Positions 13,992 to 23,431 of a DNA stretch of 39,689 bases are shown here, one piece after another. Source of the stretch: a virus; the IMG/VR virus record IMGVR_UViG_3300046490_000025. One strand, 5' to 3'. A program made the translations under genes and the position numbers. The notes beneath the pieces were generated by a model that saw only the letters and a program-made list of their open reading frames with translations, was not told where the DNA came from and ran no database searches. Position 1 is the stretch's first letter. Each line of letters opens with the position of its first letter.

Positions 13992-16913
13992 TTAAGGCGA
14001 AAACCCCAACAATAACTGCAAGCCCTGTTCGCTGGCTTTTACCTGGGTTTCCTTGAGTATTTCCCCGAAGATCAATTCCAAGTGCGATTTCAAGCCGTTG
14101 GCGTTTACCGTGATTACCGCGTCGCCCCGGTTAAGCGAGTCGGCCCGAGCTTTTACCAATGCAATTTGAGCGTCCAGCAGTTCGTTTTGCTTACCTGCCG
14201 CGTCAAGCTGGATTTTTTCCTGCTGCCGGATTGAATCAAGCAAGCCGCTCTGGTCGAACCCGTCTATCTTTGTGAACAGCCCCCAGAGGTCGGTTATGCC
14301 CTTGCCCGTGGTCGTGATGGTGTTGTCGATGGACTTGAAAGCCGCCTCGACTTGCTTGGTGTCTGCTTCGATCTGCGCCATGTTGATCTTGCCCCATGTT
14401 TCCATGCCCGATATTTTGATCTTGTTCCCTGCCTCCAACAATTTAAGAGCGTAATCATCCGCAGCCTTTTGCGCCTTTGCAAGTTCCGCCGCCGTTCCTT
14501 TGACCGCCTCGCTTGCCTTGGCCTGTGTGGGAATCCAGATATGGTCGATTACATTTCCCGCCCCGTCCTTTATCGTGTCAAAATACCCCTCAGCCGTCTT
14601 GCGGGTGTAGTCGAATTTGATTGAAGTATCGCCTAGGGAGTCCGTTATTTTTATCATCCCGTCTGGCAGGGTGACTTTCGAGACTTCGGCGGAATATGCG
14701 GATGTTGATTTTGTCGCGTCTACCGTCCTGCCCCATAGTGCGACTATTGTTTTTTCGTATTCTTCCCCGGCAATTTTTGCACCATCAAACCCCATTCCCT
14801 CGGCAATCAGGCTATCGACATAGGCATTAACCTCGTCTTGTGTCGAGTGTGTCGCAAGCCCCATGCGCTCCATTGCAGCTCCGACATAATCAAGACTTTG
14901 GATTTCATTGTCGAATTCTGACGTGTCTATGGGTTTGAACTTTCCCGCGCTGCTTCCAATCGTAGTGTTAAGTTCGTCCGTTGCCGTTTTGACTTTTGAA
15001 ACACTGACAACCGCCTGGTCGGAGTTACCCATTACCGCATTGCCGAATTTATCCCATCCTGAAACCGCCCCCTCCCATCCCGCGTCTATTTTAAGATTCA
15101 ACGCGGCTATTTTTTCCTCGGCTTGTTTTATCTGTTGCGCCGTATTTTCCGCGCTATCCCCAAACGGGTTGAATAAATTGGTTTTAAGTTCGATAAGGTT
15201 TATTTCTGAAACGAATAATTTAATATAATCAATCGTGACTCCCAACGCCTCAATAAAGCTTTTCGAGAATCCTATGGAACCTGTAAAAAACCTGTTTATG
15301 CTGTTTTTGTCGTCGCCTAGTACGTTTCCCAATAATGTTATGGATATACCAAGGTTTTCTATCGCCTTGGCGAAACCAAGAATTTTTCCGACTTGATCAT
15401 TAGAATCCGTGCCCATCCCCTCGGTGCGCTTGATGATGTCGCCCAACATCAGAAGGTAGGGCTTGAATGATTCAACAATCCCCGTGGTGATTTCGGTCAG
15501 GGTTTGAATGCCGTTGATAACGTCTTGGATAACCGCCTGAACCCCCTCCGGCGTACTCAAGTCCACTTTTCCGAACACTGCCTCAAACGCTGATTTAAGA
15601 GAATCGCCAAGCCCCGAGAACGAACCCAACAGCCCGGAAAAGTCTACATTCGATAATGCCTCTGGCAAATTCTTGGCAATGTCCGCCGCCGTGGCGTTTA
15701 TCTCCACGGCGATTTCATTCAGGTATCGGAATACCGGGTCGAAAGCCCCGGCGTTTATGGACACGGTGAAGGCATTGAAGATTTTTGCAATGCCGTCCAA
15801 GCCCTTGCCCGCCTCTCCCCCAATCTCCTGCCCGAACGTGACGAATACGACATAAGCGGAATTTTTCAAACGCTGGCTTGCGTTCTCCCATGATACCGCC
15901 ATGGTTTCCGCCGACCTTGCAGCGGTGCCGGACTTATCGGCCATCATATTCAAAGTGTCTGAGAAAATACCAGTCTTGTCGGCTGCTAAAATAAGCACCG
16001 ATTTAAGGGCTTCGACATTGCCGAAAAGCAGCGATAGTTTTTCCACGCTGCCGCCCGTGGCGGTTTGTAGGTTACGCATGAAAGTCGGAAAGCCCTGGTC
16101 TTTCAGGCTTTCCGCGTCGAATGCAATGCCCAGCGCGGTCGCCTCCTTTGCCGCCTCAGAACTAGGTTTTATGATGCTTGATAAAGCCTGGTTTATGCTA
16201 GTGACGGCCTGTGCCGCCGGTACTCCACTGGCAGTTACCGCCGCAATCGCTGCAAGCAGGGTGTCGAAACTTACCCCGCTCGCCGACGCCGTGCTGGTCA
16301 CGTCGCCAAGCTGTTGGCTCAATTCCGGTATCGTGACAACGCCTTTTTGCACGGCGATAAACATAGCATCGGCATAGTCCCCGGCTATTTTGATCTGTGC
16401 GCCCGCGTCTTTGTTCGACACGCCATAGGCATTCATGCTGCCTATGAGGGAGTTTGTCACGTCCGAAAGCTGCCCGCGCCCGCCTACCGCCAAGTCCTCG
16501 GCAACCTTTAAAAACTCAAGACTGTGCGAGTAGTCTATGCCCGCCGAGATGGCCTGGTAGACAGATTCGTTGATGTCTGATATAGACTTGCTGGATACCG
16601 TGCCGTACTGGAGAATTTGGCCTGAAAACTTAGCCATGTTTTCGTCGGTCGTGCCTGCAACCGTGGAAATTTCCTTTATCTTGTTCCCGAACTCGCCCGC
16701 GCTTGCCAGTGATGTCCCGATGAAAGCGGCCCCAAGCGCGACAACCGCCGTCTCTGTCTTTAAAATCATGTCGGCAAGTGAAGCGAATGGCGCGGCAATG
16801 CCTTGGATGGAAGCATCAAGCGAAGTCAGTTTCCCGCCTATGCCGGAAAACGCACCGCCCGTGTTGTCGGTGGCATTGAAGAGTATCTCGATGGTTTGCG
16901 CCAGACTAGCCAT
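13992..16913 (-). CDS. Tail tape measure protein (973 aa)
   Basis: Supported by size, by the A/G/S/I-rich helical composition, by the core IKEISTVAGTTDENMAKFSGQILQYG...AISAGIDY, and by position after the chaperone pair. Confidence 0.9.
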   Translation of the reverse strand: MASLAQTIEILFNATDNTGGAFSGIGGKLTSLDASIQGIAAPFASLADMILKTETAVVALGAAFIGTSLASAGEFGNKIKEISTVAGTTDENMAKFSGQILQYGTVSSKSISDINESVYQAISAGIDYSHSLEFLKVAEDLAVGGRGQLSDVTNSLIGSMNAYGVSNKDAGAQIKIAGDYADAMFIAVQKGVVTIPELSQQLGDVTSTASASGVSFDTLLAAIAAVTASGVPAAQAVTSINQALSSIIKPSSEAAKEATALGIAFDAESLKDQGFPTFMRNLQTATGGSVEKLSLLFGNVEALKSVLILAADKTGIFSDTLNMMADKSGTAARSAETMAVSWENASQRLKNSAYVVFVTFGQEIGGEAGKGLDGIAKIFNAFTVSINAGAFDPVFRYLNEIAVEINATAADIAKNLPEALSNVDFSGLLGSFSGLGDSLKSAFEAVFGKVDLSTPEGVQAVIQDVINGIQTLTEITTGIVESFKPYLLMLGDIIKRTEGMGTDSNDQVGKILGFAKAIENLGISITLLGNVLGDDKNSINRFFTGSIGFSKSFIEALGVTIDYIKLFVSEINLIELKTNLFNPFGDSAENTAQQIKQAEEKIAALNLKIDAGWEGAVSGWDKFGNAVMGNSDQAVVSVSKVKTATDELNTTIGSSAGKFKPIDTSEFDNEIQSLDYVGAAMERMGLATHSTQDEVNAYVDSLIAEGMGFDGAKIAGEEYEKTIVALWGRTVDATKSTSAYSAEVSKVTLPDGMIKITDSLGDTSIKFDYTRKTAEGYFDTIKDGAGNVIDHIWIPTQAKASEAVKGTAAELAKAQKAADDYALKLLEAGNKIKISGMETWGKINMAQIEADTKQVEAAFKSIDNTITTTGKGITDLWGLFTKIDGFDQSGLLDSIRQQEKIQLDAAGKQNELLDAQIALVKARADSLNRGDAVITVNANGLKSHLELIFGEILKETQVKASEQGLQLLLGFSP

Positions 16914-17136
16914 TTTCAGCCGCCTTTGATTCGTAGTATTTTGACCATAGCTGGATTTCCAGAGTGCTTAAATGGCCGAATGGCATGAATTGCGGGACTA
17001 GATCAAACAGCGGCTTGCCCCACATGTCTCCGAGTTTCAAGGCTGTCTGAATCGCTGGCAATTCAAACAGCCGCATCATTCCCCCTCTATTTCGGCCCCC
17101 TCGCCGGACAGTTTCATGACTGAATTTGTCAGCCAC
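16906..17136 (-). CDS. T-part of the tail assembly chaperone (-1 frame relative to 17076..17516; probably expressed as a G-T fusion)
   Basis: The ORF overlaps the 3-prime end of the G-like gene in the -1 frame and ends 8 nt inside the tape measure gene. Confidence 0.5.
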   Translation of the reverse strand: MADKFSHETVRRGGRNRGGMMRLFELPAIQTALKLGDMWGKPLFDLVPQFMPFGHLSTLEIQLWSKYYESKAAENG

Positions 17137-17516
17137 ATGAATTCGATAGGGGCGATTGCCGCAATTTTGACGACAGACTCCCGGTCAAGCCCTGCCGGTT
17201 CCACGCAGCCGATTATCAAAAATTCAATGCGCCGTGCATAGTCTTCCGGCAGGTCGCCGCCAAGCCCGAGGGATTTCCGTATCGCTTCGACTTTATCCGC
17301 CGCCGCCCCGGAAAGTATCCCCGCCACGATCTGCTCAATTTGGCTGTAGCCTTTTGCCGCCTGGATGCAGTGAGCGTATTCCTCCCCGGTCAAGCCCCGG
17401 ACGATAAACTCCGGTTTTTCCCCATCCCCAAAAAGTTTGGCGAGTGGTGTAACCGGAATCGTCTCGGTGCGGGCTTTGAACCCGCACCGCTTGAGCCTGT
17501 CCGCGTCGAACGCCAT
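17076..17516 (-). CDS. Tail assembly chaperone (G-like, 146 aa)
   Basis: It lies between the tube and tape measure genes. Its ATG at 17516 overlaps the upstream stop (TGATG). Confidence 0.6.
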   Translation of the reverse strand: MAFDADRLKRCGFKARTETIPVTPLAKLFGDGEKPEFIVRGLTGEEYAHCIQAAKGYSQIEQIVAGILSGAAADKVEAIRKSLGLGGDLPEDYARRIEFLIIGCVEPAGLDRESVVKIAAIAPIEFMWLTNSVMKLSGEGAEIEGE

Positions 17517-18505
17517 CAGCTTGCGAAGTCCACGGTCGGCAATTCGGCAGATATGGTGCAAGCCGCCACCATGGACCCGCCCGCCGGGTAAGACCGCTTC
17601 GTTGCAATCCGCCCTTGGGTCAGCGAGAAGGGAAGTTTGTTGCGGTCTGCCTGGAACTTTACGAGGATAACCTCATTGTCCTTAGCCAGCCCGATCACGG
17701 TATCAAGATGACCGCTCGACATGTGGGCGTTAAAGCTGCATTGCCCCAAGCTTGACGACTCCGAACCAACTACGCCGCCGTAGACCTGGGTAGATGAAAC
17801 CGAGTTGGTGACTTCGGCTGGCACGAACGAATCGGCATATTCCAATTTCTGATAAAGCGGTGTGTAGACCTTTCCGAATGTGCGCTTGGTGACTGCGCCA
17901 GTGTGGGACAAAGGCAACGCCGCCGAGAATTCGATGGTCCCAGCGATATGGTCAATGCTCCACGTCGGATAGTCGTACCGTTCCATGTGCTGCCCGGCAA
18001 CCGCGAATATCTCATCGGTAGTGACTTTATCCGCAGTGTTTGAAGCCATGCGGATTTGGGCAATTTCGATTGAGCCAACAGGAATCAAAGGCGGACCGCC
18101 CGCCGCGTCTCGGACTTCGGAGAACGCTGTAGAGTCTGTGCCTGGAATGATGGCAACGGCCCCCGCGCTGGTGATCGTGACCGAGTTAATCATATGCGTG
18201 TCGGTCGTAACCGCTCTGGTTACAGTCTCATCCGCCGCCGCATTGACCGTGGTCAGAACACCGGCGAGGTAGCAAGTCAACGCCGCAACGTCGATTTTGT
18301 TGTTCGTGCCGGATACCCCAACAGTAACCGCCCCGCCAGTGGCGAGTCCGTTGGGCAGGATTACGGCCTCTTTCCCTGAAAACCTCGACCACGGCTTGCT
18401 TGCCGATGAAAAAATTTGATGGTCGCCCGAGTCGGTAAGCTGGTGCGTGGCGACTAGGGTCTGCCCGGTTTCGATGCTGATTTCAGCAAGTTTAGCGATT
18501 GCCAT
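17516..18505 (-). CDS. Major tail (tube) protein candidate (329 aa)
   Basis: It lies immediately upstream of the chaperone pair. T/S/A/G/V-rich beta-type composition. No sheath gene is present. Confidence 0.6.
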   Translation of the reverse strand: MAIAKLAEISIETGQTLVATHQLTDSGDHQIFSSASKPWSRFSGKEAVILPNGLATGGAVTVGVSGTNNKIDVAALTCYLAGVLTTVNAAADETVTRAVTTDTHMINSVTITSAGAVAIIPGTDSTAFSEVRDAAGGPPLIPVGSIEIAQIRMASNTADKVTTDEIFAVAGQHMERYDYPTWSIDHIAGTIEFSAALPLSHTGAVTKRTFGKVYTPLYQKLEYADSFVPAEVTNSVSSTQVYGGVVGSESSSLGQCSFNAHMSSGHLDTVIGLAKDNEVILVKFQADRNKLPFSLTQGRIATKRSYPAGGSMVAACTISAELPTVDFAS

Positions 18506-18532
18506 TATGTTTGTCCTGTGTTTAAAGTGTTT

Positions 18533-18868
18533 TCAGCCGTTGGCTGGTTTCATCAAAACTCTAATATTTCCCCATAATATCCCATCAGTATTATCGGAAT
18601 CGTATGTTATAAGGTTAAAAGAATAACTTCCATCGGCAAGACTTGATTCTCCCAAAAGTAGCATTAACGCCTTGCTGCCCTTGTTTTTTCCAGCCGGTAT
18701 AGTGGCATTCCAATCAAATAACCCTGGATATTCTGCCGAGTCGATTATTACCGTTTTAGAAACAAGTACAACACGGGTAATGCTGGCAACGTCAACGGCA
18801 TCGCTTCCCTCTGATAATGTCAAAAATTCCACATTATCACGCCCACGGTAAAAAATTAACTGCGTCAT
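18533..18868 (-). CDS. Hypothetical virion protein (111 aa), AT-rich
   Basis: ORF track. Confidence 0.5.
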   Translation of the reverse strand: MTQLIFYRGRDNVEFLTLSEGSDAVDVASITRVVLVSKTVIIDSAEYPGLFDWNATIPAGKNKGSKALMLLLGESSLADGSYSFNLITYDSDNTDGILWGNIRVLMKPANG

Positions 18869-19275
18869 GTCGGCTGCTGGTAGGTTATGGTTTGCGCTGG
18901 GACGTTTCTTACTTCCCCGGTCACTATGACCGAATCGCCGGTTTCATCCCAAATAGCCAGCACTTTGCTATCGGTTGTGTTGACGAGTGCCACATGGGTA
19001 TCCGGTGTCGCGCCTGTGTCTGCCGAGAATATAACTCCCTTGGTTAATACCGTAACCATGCGGTTGTTCGTGCCGCCCGGTGTGGTGATGGCAAAATCCC
19101 CCGCCACCAAATTAACCGCATGGGCCGCGACTTTGTTTACCGTAACTGTAGAGTAAGAGTCAGCCACGGCATAGGCTTTCGTAACCCAAAGTTGCAGGGT
19201 TTTGGTCGCGCACAAAGTCGCCAAGCTGCCTAAGCCGTTGTCGAACAAATCCGGGTGAATCCATTTATTTGCCAT
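18865..19275 (-). CDS. Hypothetical virion protein (136 aa)
   Basis: ORF track. Confidence 0.55.
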   Translation of the reverse strand: MANKWIHPDLFDNGLGSLATLCATKTLQLWVTKAYAVADSYSTVTVNKVAAHAVNLVAGDFAITTPGGTNNRMVTVLTKGVIFSADTGATPDTHVALVNTTDSKVLAIWDETGDSVIVTGEVRNVPAQTITYQQPT

Positions 19276-19278
19276 GAT

Positions 19279-20670
19279 CTACACTCTCTTGATTATGTGC
19301 GTGGGGGTTGCCGAATGCAGCGAAAGCGGCACGGTGGCAATTTTAATATTTGGGTTGATGAGTTTTCCTATTCCGATCAACGCCGCGCCGAGTTCGACGT
19401 TATTTAGATAAGACCGCCCGGTGATGGGTTCCAAGGCTAGCATTACCGCCCGCGTCATTTCAACATCGTCGCTGTACGAGGTCGCGGTGCATTGCGCCAA
19501 TGCCAGTGTTAAGCTGGTTGCCAAACTGGCGGGAGGCAATGATGGAACCATCCCAGCGCTTTCGATCAACAGCCAGAGTGCCTGGGCTATTGCGGTTACT
19601 GGGGAGTTTGGCAACATGCGGTTGATTGCCGTGGACAGGCTGGCAGGGTCGTCAATCGGCAATGAAAAAGCCGATTGCGACCTGATAGAAAGCGCAAGGG
19701 AGGTTAAATCGTCCGGCTGTGACAATGCCGAGTTGCTGGCATGGCTGGCACAGAATATTTCAACGCACACCAACGCCACGGCTTGCTGAATTGTGCAGGT
19801 CGATAAGCCGGGGTGCGCGGCAATGTCTTCGATCAGCAGTTGCAGAGCGGTGGTGAGTTCCGCCGTGCTGGTGATGGGGGCCATGGCCAGACTGGCAAGG
19901 GTCATTAACGCCGATGTTGTCAATGCAAGATTAGGCGCGGAAACCGGGCAAGTGTTCGCCGCTATGGTAAGCCAAGGGGCTTCGTAGACTAGCGGGCAAT
20001 GCGATGGGGTTTGCCAAATTGCTTGTGGATTAACATATAAATTTATAACTTCCATAGCGGTTAAAGCCCTGTTATAAACCCTGGCGTCCCAATACGTCGT
20101 CGTGCTGAAATGTGCGCCCCAAGCAGACCCTATGTCAGTCCTGTTTTCGTATGCATTCGTGCCCGAAAAAGTAGTTACAGCAGAAGCTACTAGTGCGCCG
20201 TCCACATATAGCGAGAGGACAGACCCGCTGCAAGTACAGGTCAACAAATGAGGCAGTCCATCGCACACGCTGACACTTCCAGTAGCTGAAACATTACCGG
20301 AACCGCCAATTCCATAGTTATAAGCGGCTGGATACCCTGTCGTACTGTTGGCAAATAGATACCAACCAGAGTGCCCGTTCGCCCCTGATACAAATGTGTT
20401 TGTCAGGAGATAATTGGCGCTAGCTACATCAGTCGATTGAATCCGGCACGACAGACTATATGCGGCGCCATAGCACACTGCACTACTTATGGCCACAGTT
20501 TGCGAACTCGCAGCTACAGTATGCAGAGCCTTCCCGCGCGAGGTAGTTACCCTACTCGGGGAATTTATAATCGCCCCGTTATTTTTATATATAGAGTAGT
20601 CAATCGCAGTATCACCAACAGGCTCGTCTAGCGGCCAGAACCCAACCAGCCCCCGCGCTTGTTGGGACAT
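19279..20670 (-). CDS. LamG/concanavalin-A-like lectin domain protein with a C-terminal A/L/S/T-rich repeat region (463 aa)
   Basis: GLVGFWPLDE...YSL(S)CRI...GWYLF...LSLYVDG...ARVYNRALTAMEV is the typical LamG (Laminin_G_3) pattern. I place the start at the ATG at 20670. Confidence 0.7.
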   Translation of the reverse strand: MSQQARGLVGFWPLDEPVGDTAIDYSIYKNNGAIINSPSRVTTSRGKALHTVAASSQTVAISSAVCYGAAYSLSCRIQSTDVASANYLLTNTFVSGANGHSGWYLFANSTTGYPAAYNYGIGGSGNVSATGSVSVCDGLPHLLTCTCSGSVLSLYVDGALVASAVTTFSGTNAYENRTDIGSAWGAHFSTTTYWDARVYNRALTAMEVINLYVNPQAIWQTPSHCPLVYEAPWLTIAANTCPVSAPNLALTTSALMTLASLAMAPITSTAELTTALQLLIEDIAAHPGLSTCTIQQAVALVCVEIFCASHASNSALSQPDDLTSLALSIRSQSAFSLPIDDPASLSTAINRMLPNSPVTAIAQALWLLIESAGMVPSLPPASLATSLTLALAQCTATSYSDDVEMTRAVMLALEPITGRSYLNNVELGAALIGIGKLINPNIKIATVPLSLHSATPTHIIKRV

Positions 20671-20702
20671 TCGGTTTATTAGTCTGCGTTGCGTGGTGAT
20701 TA

Positions 20703-21092
20703 TCACGCGAAACTCGTCTTTTCTGATAGATAGGATTCGCAAGTGACGGCTTGCCCGGTGTTTCCTGTTAATTCAACCTCAAGTTGCATTATGCCGCCGG
20801 GTATATCAAACGCCCACTCTCCAATAGTCCCAGAAACCGTGCCATTTCCAACCTGGTAGAGCGTTTTCCAGTCCGTACCCGCGCTGCCCGCCGAGGGCGT
20901 ACTGGCATTGTGCGCCACCAGAACATTCGCCACGGCTTGCAGCGTCGGCCCGGTCCCGCCGTTGGTGATTTTGACCGTCAATAGCCCGCCGTCCGCCGTG
21001 GTCAATGCCAGTGTGCCACGGGTCGTGCTGCCCGCCGCGTTGGAGGTCGCCGCCGCTATGACCGTGCGGGCAGTCTTGGTCCAGGTTGCCAT
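20703..21092 (-). CDS. Hypothetical virion protein (129 aa)
   Basis: ORF track; T/G/A-rich beta-type composition. Confidence 0.55.
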   Translation of the reverse strand: MATWTKTARTVIAAATSNAAGSTTRGTLALTTADGGLLTVKITNGGTGPTLQAVANVLVAHNASTPSAGSAGTDWKTLYQVGNGTVSGTIGEWAFDIPGGIMQLEVELTGNTGQAVTCESYLSEKTSFA

Positions 21093-21093
21093 G

Positions 21094-21594
21094 TCAGATT
21101 AGCCGTTCGCCGGTATCGTTGAACAGCACGGCTGAGACTTCATCCATTGCCGGAATACGACCGATCGCATTTTCCGCCAAGGATACTCGAATCGTGGTGA
21201 ACGCCGCCATGCGATCTGCCGACAATAAGTTATGCTCGGTCAAAAATGCCAGAAACGCCGCCCAGCCTTCATCGACTAGCTTGACTGTCACCAGACCGGA
21301 CAGGTTGGATACAACCTGGTTGTAAACGGCTTTGACATCTGCATCTTTGGAGTTAATTACCATGTCGCTGGCAACAAGCATGGTGCGCATATCTTCAATG
21401 CTTAGACTTGATCGCGGGATTTCCGCAGCTCCTGGGTTTTCCGGGTCGATGATGTAAGCGCGGACCGGGCCGACCGCATCGGTTGCGGCAGGGTCTAGCG
21501 CAAGCAAGGTGCGCAACGTACCGCCGTGGGTTTGATCGACTTTAAGATTCTGAATCGCTTCGGTGAGTGCGTTTTTTTCGGCGTTTGTAAGCAT
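21094..21594 (-). CDS. Hypothetical head-tail region protein (166 aa from the internal ATG)
   Basis: The ATG at 21594 avoids a 68-nt overlap with the upstream gene. Confidence 0.5.
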   Translation of the reverse strand: MLTNAEKNALTEAIQNLKVDQTHGGTLRTLLALDPAATDAVGPVRAYIIDPENPGAAEIPRSSLSIEDMRTMLVASDMVINSKDADVKAVYNQVVSNLSGLVTVKLVDEGWAAFLAFLTEHNLLSADRMAAFTTIRVSLAENAIGRIPAMDEVSAVLFNDTGERLI

Positions 21595-21631
21595 TTGGTT
21601 TTTCCCGATAAGTGAGATTTGTTTGTTAAAT

Positions 21632-22069
21632 TTACTCAACCCCTGGAATCGTGACTTCACAGTTATACGCCAGCGGGTAGTATCCAAGCCCGTCCGCAAA
21701 AACCGGCAAGGGCGGCGATTCGCTCATCATCGGCCCGTGGTCTTCCGATGGTTCCCAGTTATTCAAAGCCGCCGAAACCGCCAGCACAATCGGGTCGGCC
21801 TGTTGACGCGCCGCCAGACCGCGCTGGTCGGTGGCGTTCCTGATCGCTATGATTACCAGCCATCTTTGCTTTACCGTGTGTGCGCTTCCATAAGTATTAT
21901 CGTCATGAAGTTCGCCATTCATGACTACATGAATTGCCGGTGTGATTTCAGAATTGGCAACCATGTCCGCCAGCGTATACTCAGCAAATACAGCCATGCC
22001 CGGAAACGTTTCAATTAACTTTTCGACGATGAAGTCCTGGGCGACATAGTAGCCAGCGAGTGCCATCAA
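21632..22069 (-). CDS. Hypothetical head-tail joining protein (145 aa)
   Basis: Position only. Confidence 0.5.
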   Translation of the reverse strand: MMALAGYYVAQDFIVEKLIETFPGMAVFAEYTLADMVANSEITPAIHVVMNGELHDDNTYGSAHTVKQRWLVIIAIRNATDQRGLAARQQADPIVLAVSAALNNWEPSEDHGPMMSESPPLPVFADGLGYYPLAYNCEVTIPGVE

Positions 22070-22491
22070 TAAAAATCCTTTTTGTTATTGCCGAAAACAT
22101 TGGCATTGCTGGATATTAAAATTGGGTTTGCTGCCAGCACAGGATCGCCGCTTGGGTCAAGTCCGAGAGTCTCTTTCCCATCCCGCACCGCGTCAAGTTG
22201 CTTGACCGCATCCTCATACCTGAGCCGGACATGCTCGGTCGGTTGAACGCCGTAGAGTTCGTACCGCGCCAAGTCGCAGCAGATGTCCACCAGCCGCGCC
22301 GGGTAAGGCGCAGCCATGGATAAATCAATCCGGCCCGCAAGCTTGGAGTCGATTACCGCGCAAGCCCACGCCAGAGCGGAATCCACCACACCAACATCCT
22401 CTTCGCCGTCGCGGTCTCGGTCGGCAAGTTGGGCGATTTCAACCGCCCACTGCTTTTTGTCAAGGTCGGAGCGGGTCGCGTATGCCGGCAT
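22066..22491 (-). CDS. DUF1320 / Mu gp36-like head-tail connector protein
   Basis: The N-terminal YATRSDL, then ...LARYELY...RYEDA pattern and the position directly after the capsid gene match Mu-like phages. Confidence 0.65.
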   Translation of the reverse strand: MPAYATRSDLDKKQWAVEIAQLADRDRDGEEDVGVVDSALAWACAVIDSKLAGRIDLSMAAPYPARLVDICCDLARYELYGVQPTEHVRLRYEDAVKQLDAVRDGKETLGLDPSGDPVLAANPILISSNANVFGNNKKDFY

Positions 22492-22492
22492 T

Positions 22493-23419
22493 TTAGGCTA
22501 TTGCGTCTTTGAACAGGAACCCGAAACTGGTTTCTGCCGGAACCTCAACCACCGACTCGCCCGCACGAACACGTACCCCGCCGAACAATCCGATGTCAGG
22601 GTCTATAATCGTACCGGCAACACGTTGGCCAAATTGAGCGGTGTAACCCCATGTATTTCCAGAGTCCGGCCCTCCCGATTGGCCTAAATAAATACCGGCT
22701 AAAACCTTCGGCCAAATCCTCGTTTGGTTTGGTGTCTGCCCCTTTTCCGCCGAGTTGTACCAGCCGCCGCCGATGACGATTTGGTCCACTTCCAGCAATG
22801 CCGCAAGTTGCTCGCGGGTGGCAAGCCCGTTGGTTTTCAATGCGCCAAAAATCGCCATCAGAACCTTGGCGTGTGCGCGAACCTTCGCCCATACCTCATA
22901 ACTCATGATAAGAATGTTCGGACGCATAAAACAGGCATCTAGTTCGGCCATAATCTGAGCGACCGGGTCCGAGCTGGAATTGGAGAATTGACCCGAACCC
23001 GTCAGCGTATCACCCCCGGCAAAGTTTGCCGAGGTGTTGAAAATGTTGGCTACCCTGATCTCGCGGGAGATTTCAATTTTCCCCATGACGTGCTGTGTGG
23101 CCCGCCCCATAGCCGACTCGTTCGGCCCGTTCATCTGGTCCTGGTTCGGAACGCCCTCGTCAAGCCCTTGGTTTTGGGTCGCCATCGTGACCGAGTCTTG
23201 GAGTGCCGGACTGATGTTGTGCGGCCTTGAAGCGCGGCCCACGAGTGTGGATGTCGGGCTTATCCAGTCCTGCAAGCGGTCTTTTAGGTGGATAAATTCC
23301 ATTTTATCTACCTGCATTCTCGGCATGACGGTGTCGGCGATAAAGCCCTTTTGGCGGAACTTGATCGCGACGGCGGTTAGGACCGGGTTTATGTAAAGCG
23401 GTGAATTGTTGTCTGCCAT
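22493..23419 (-). CDS. Major capsid protein (308 aa)
   Basis: Supported by size, by position after the protease/scaffold and decoration-like genes, and by a composition typical of Mu gpT / lambda gpE-like capsid proteins. Confidence 0.75.
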   Translation of the reverse strand: MADNNSPLYINPVLTAVAIKFRQKGFIADTVMPRMQVDKMEFIHLKDRLQDWISPTSTLVGRASRPHNISPALQDSVTMATQNQGLDEGVPNQDQMNGPNESAMGRATQHVMGKIEISREIRVANIFNTSANFAGGDTLTGSGQFSNSSSDPVAQIMAELDACFMRPNILIMSYEVWAKVRAHAKVLMAIFGALKTNGLATREQLAALLEVDQIVIGGGWYNSAEKGQTPNQTRIWPKVLAGIYLGQSGGPDSGNTWGYTAQFGQRVAGTIIDPDIGLFGGVRVRAGESVVEVPAETSFGFLFKDAIA

Positions 23420-23431
23420 TTTCGTATCCTA

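Noticed and set aside
14272-16929. Plus-strand ORFs of 60-158 aa inside the tape measure gene
   Set aside because: They are shadow ORFs of a long A/G/S-rich gene. The minus-strand frame is continuous for 973 codons with a recognisable tape measure core.
17335-17670. Overlapping ORFs (83-90 aa) on both strands at the tube/chaperone junction
   Set aside because: They are out of frame with the well-packed tube and chaperone genes, their composition is R/P/G-rich, and no independent signals support them.
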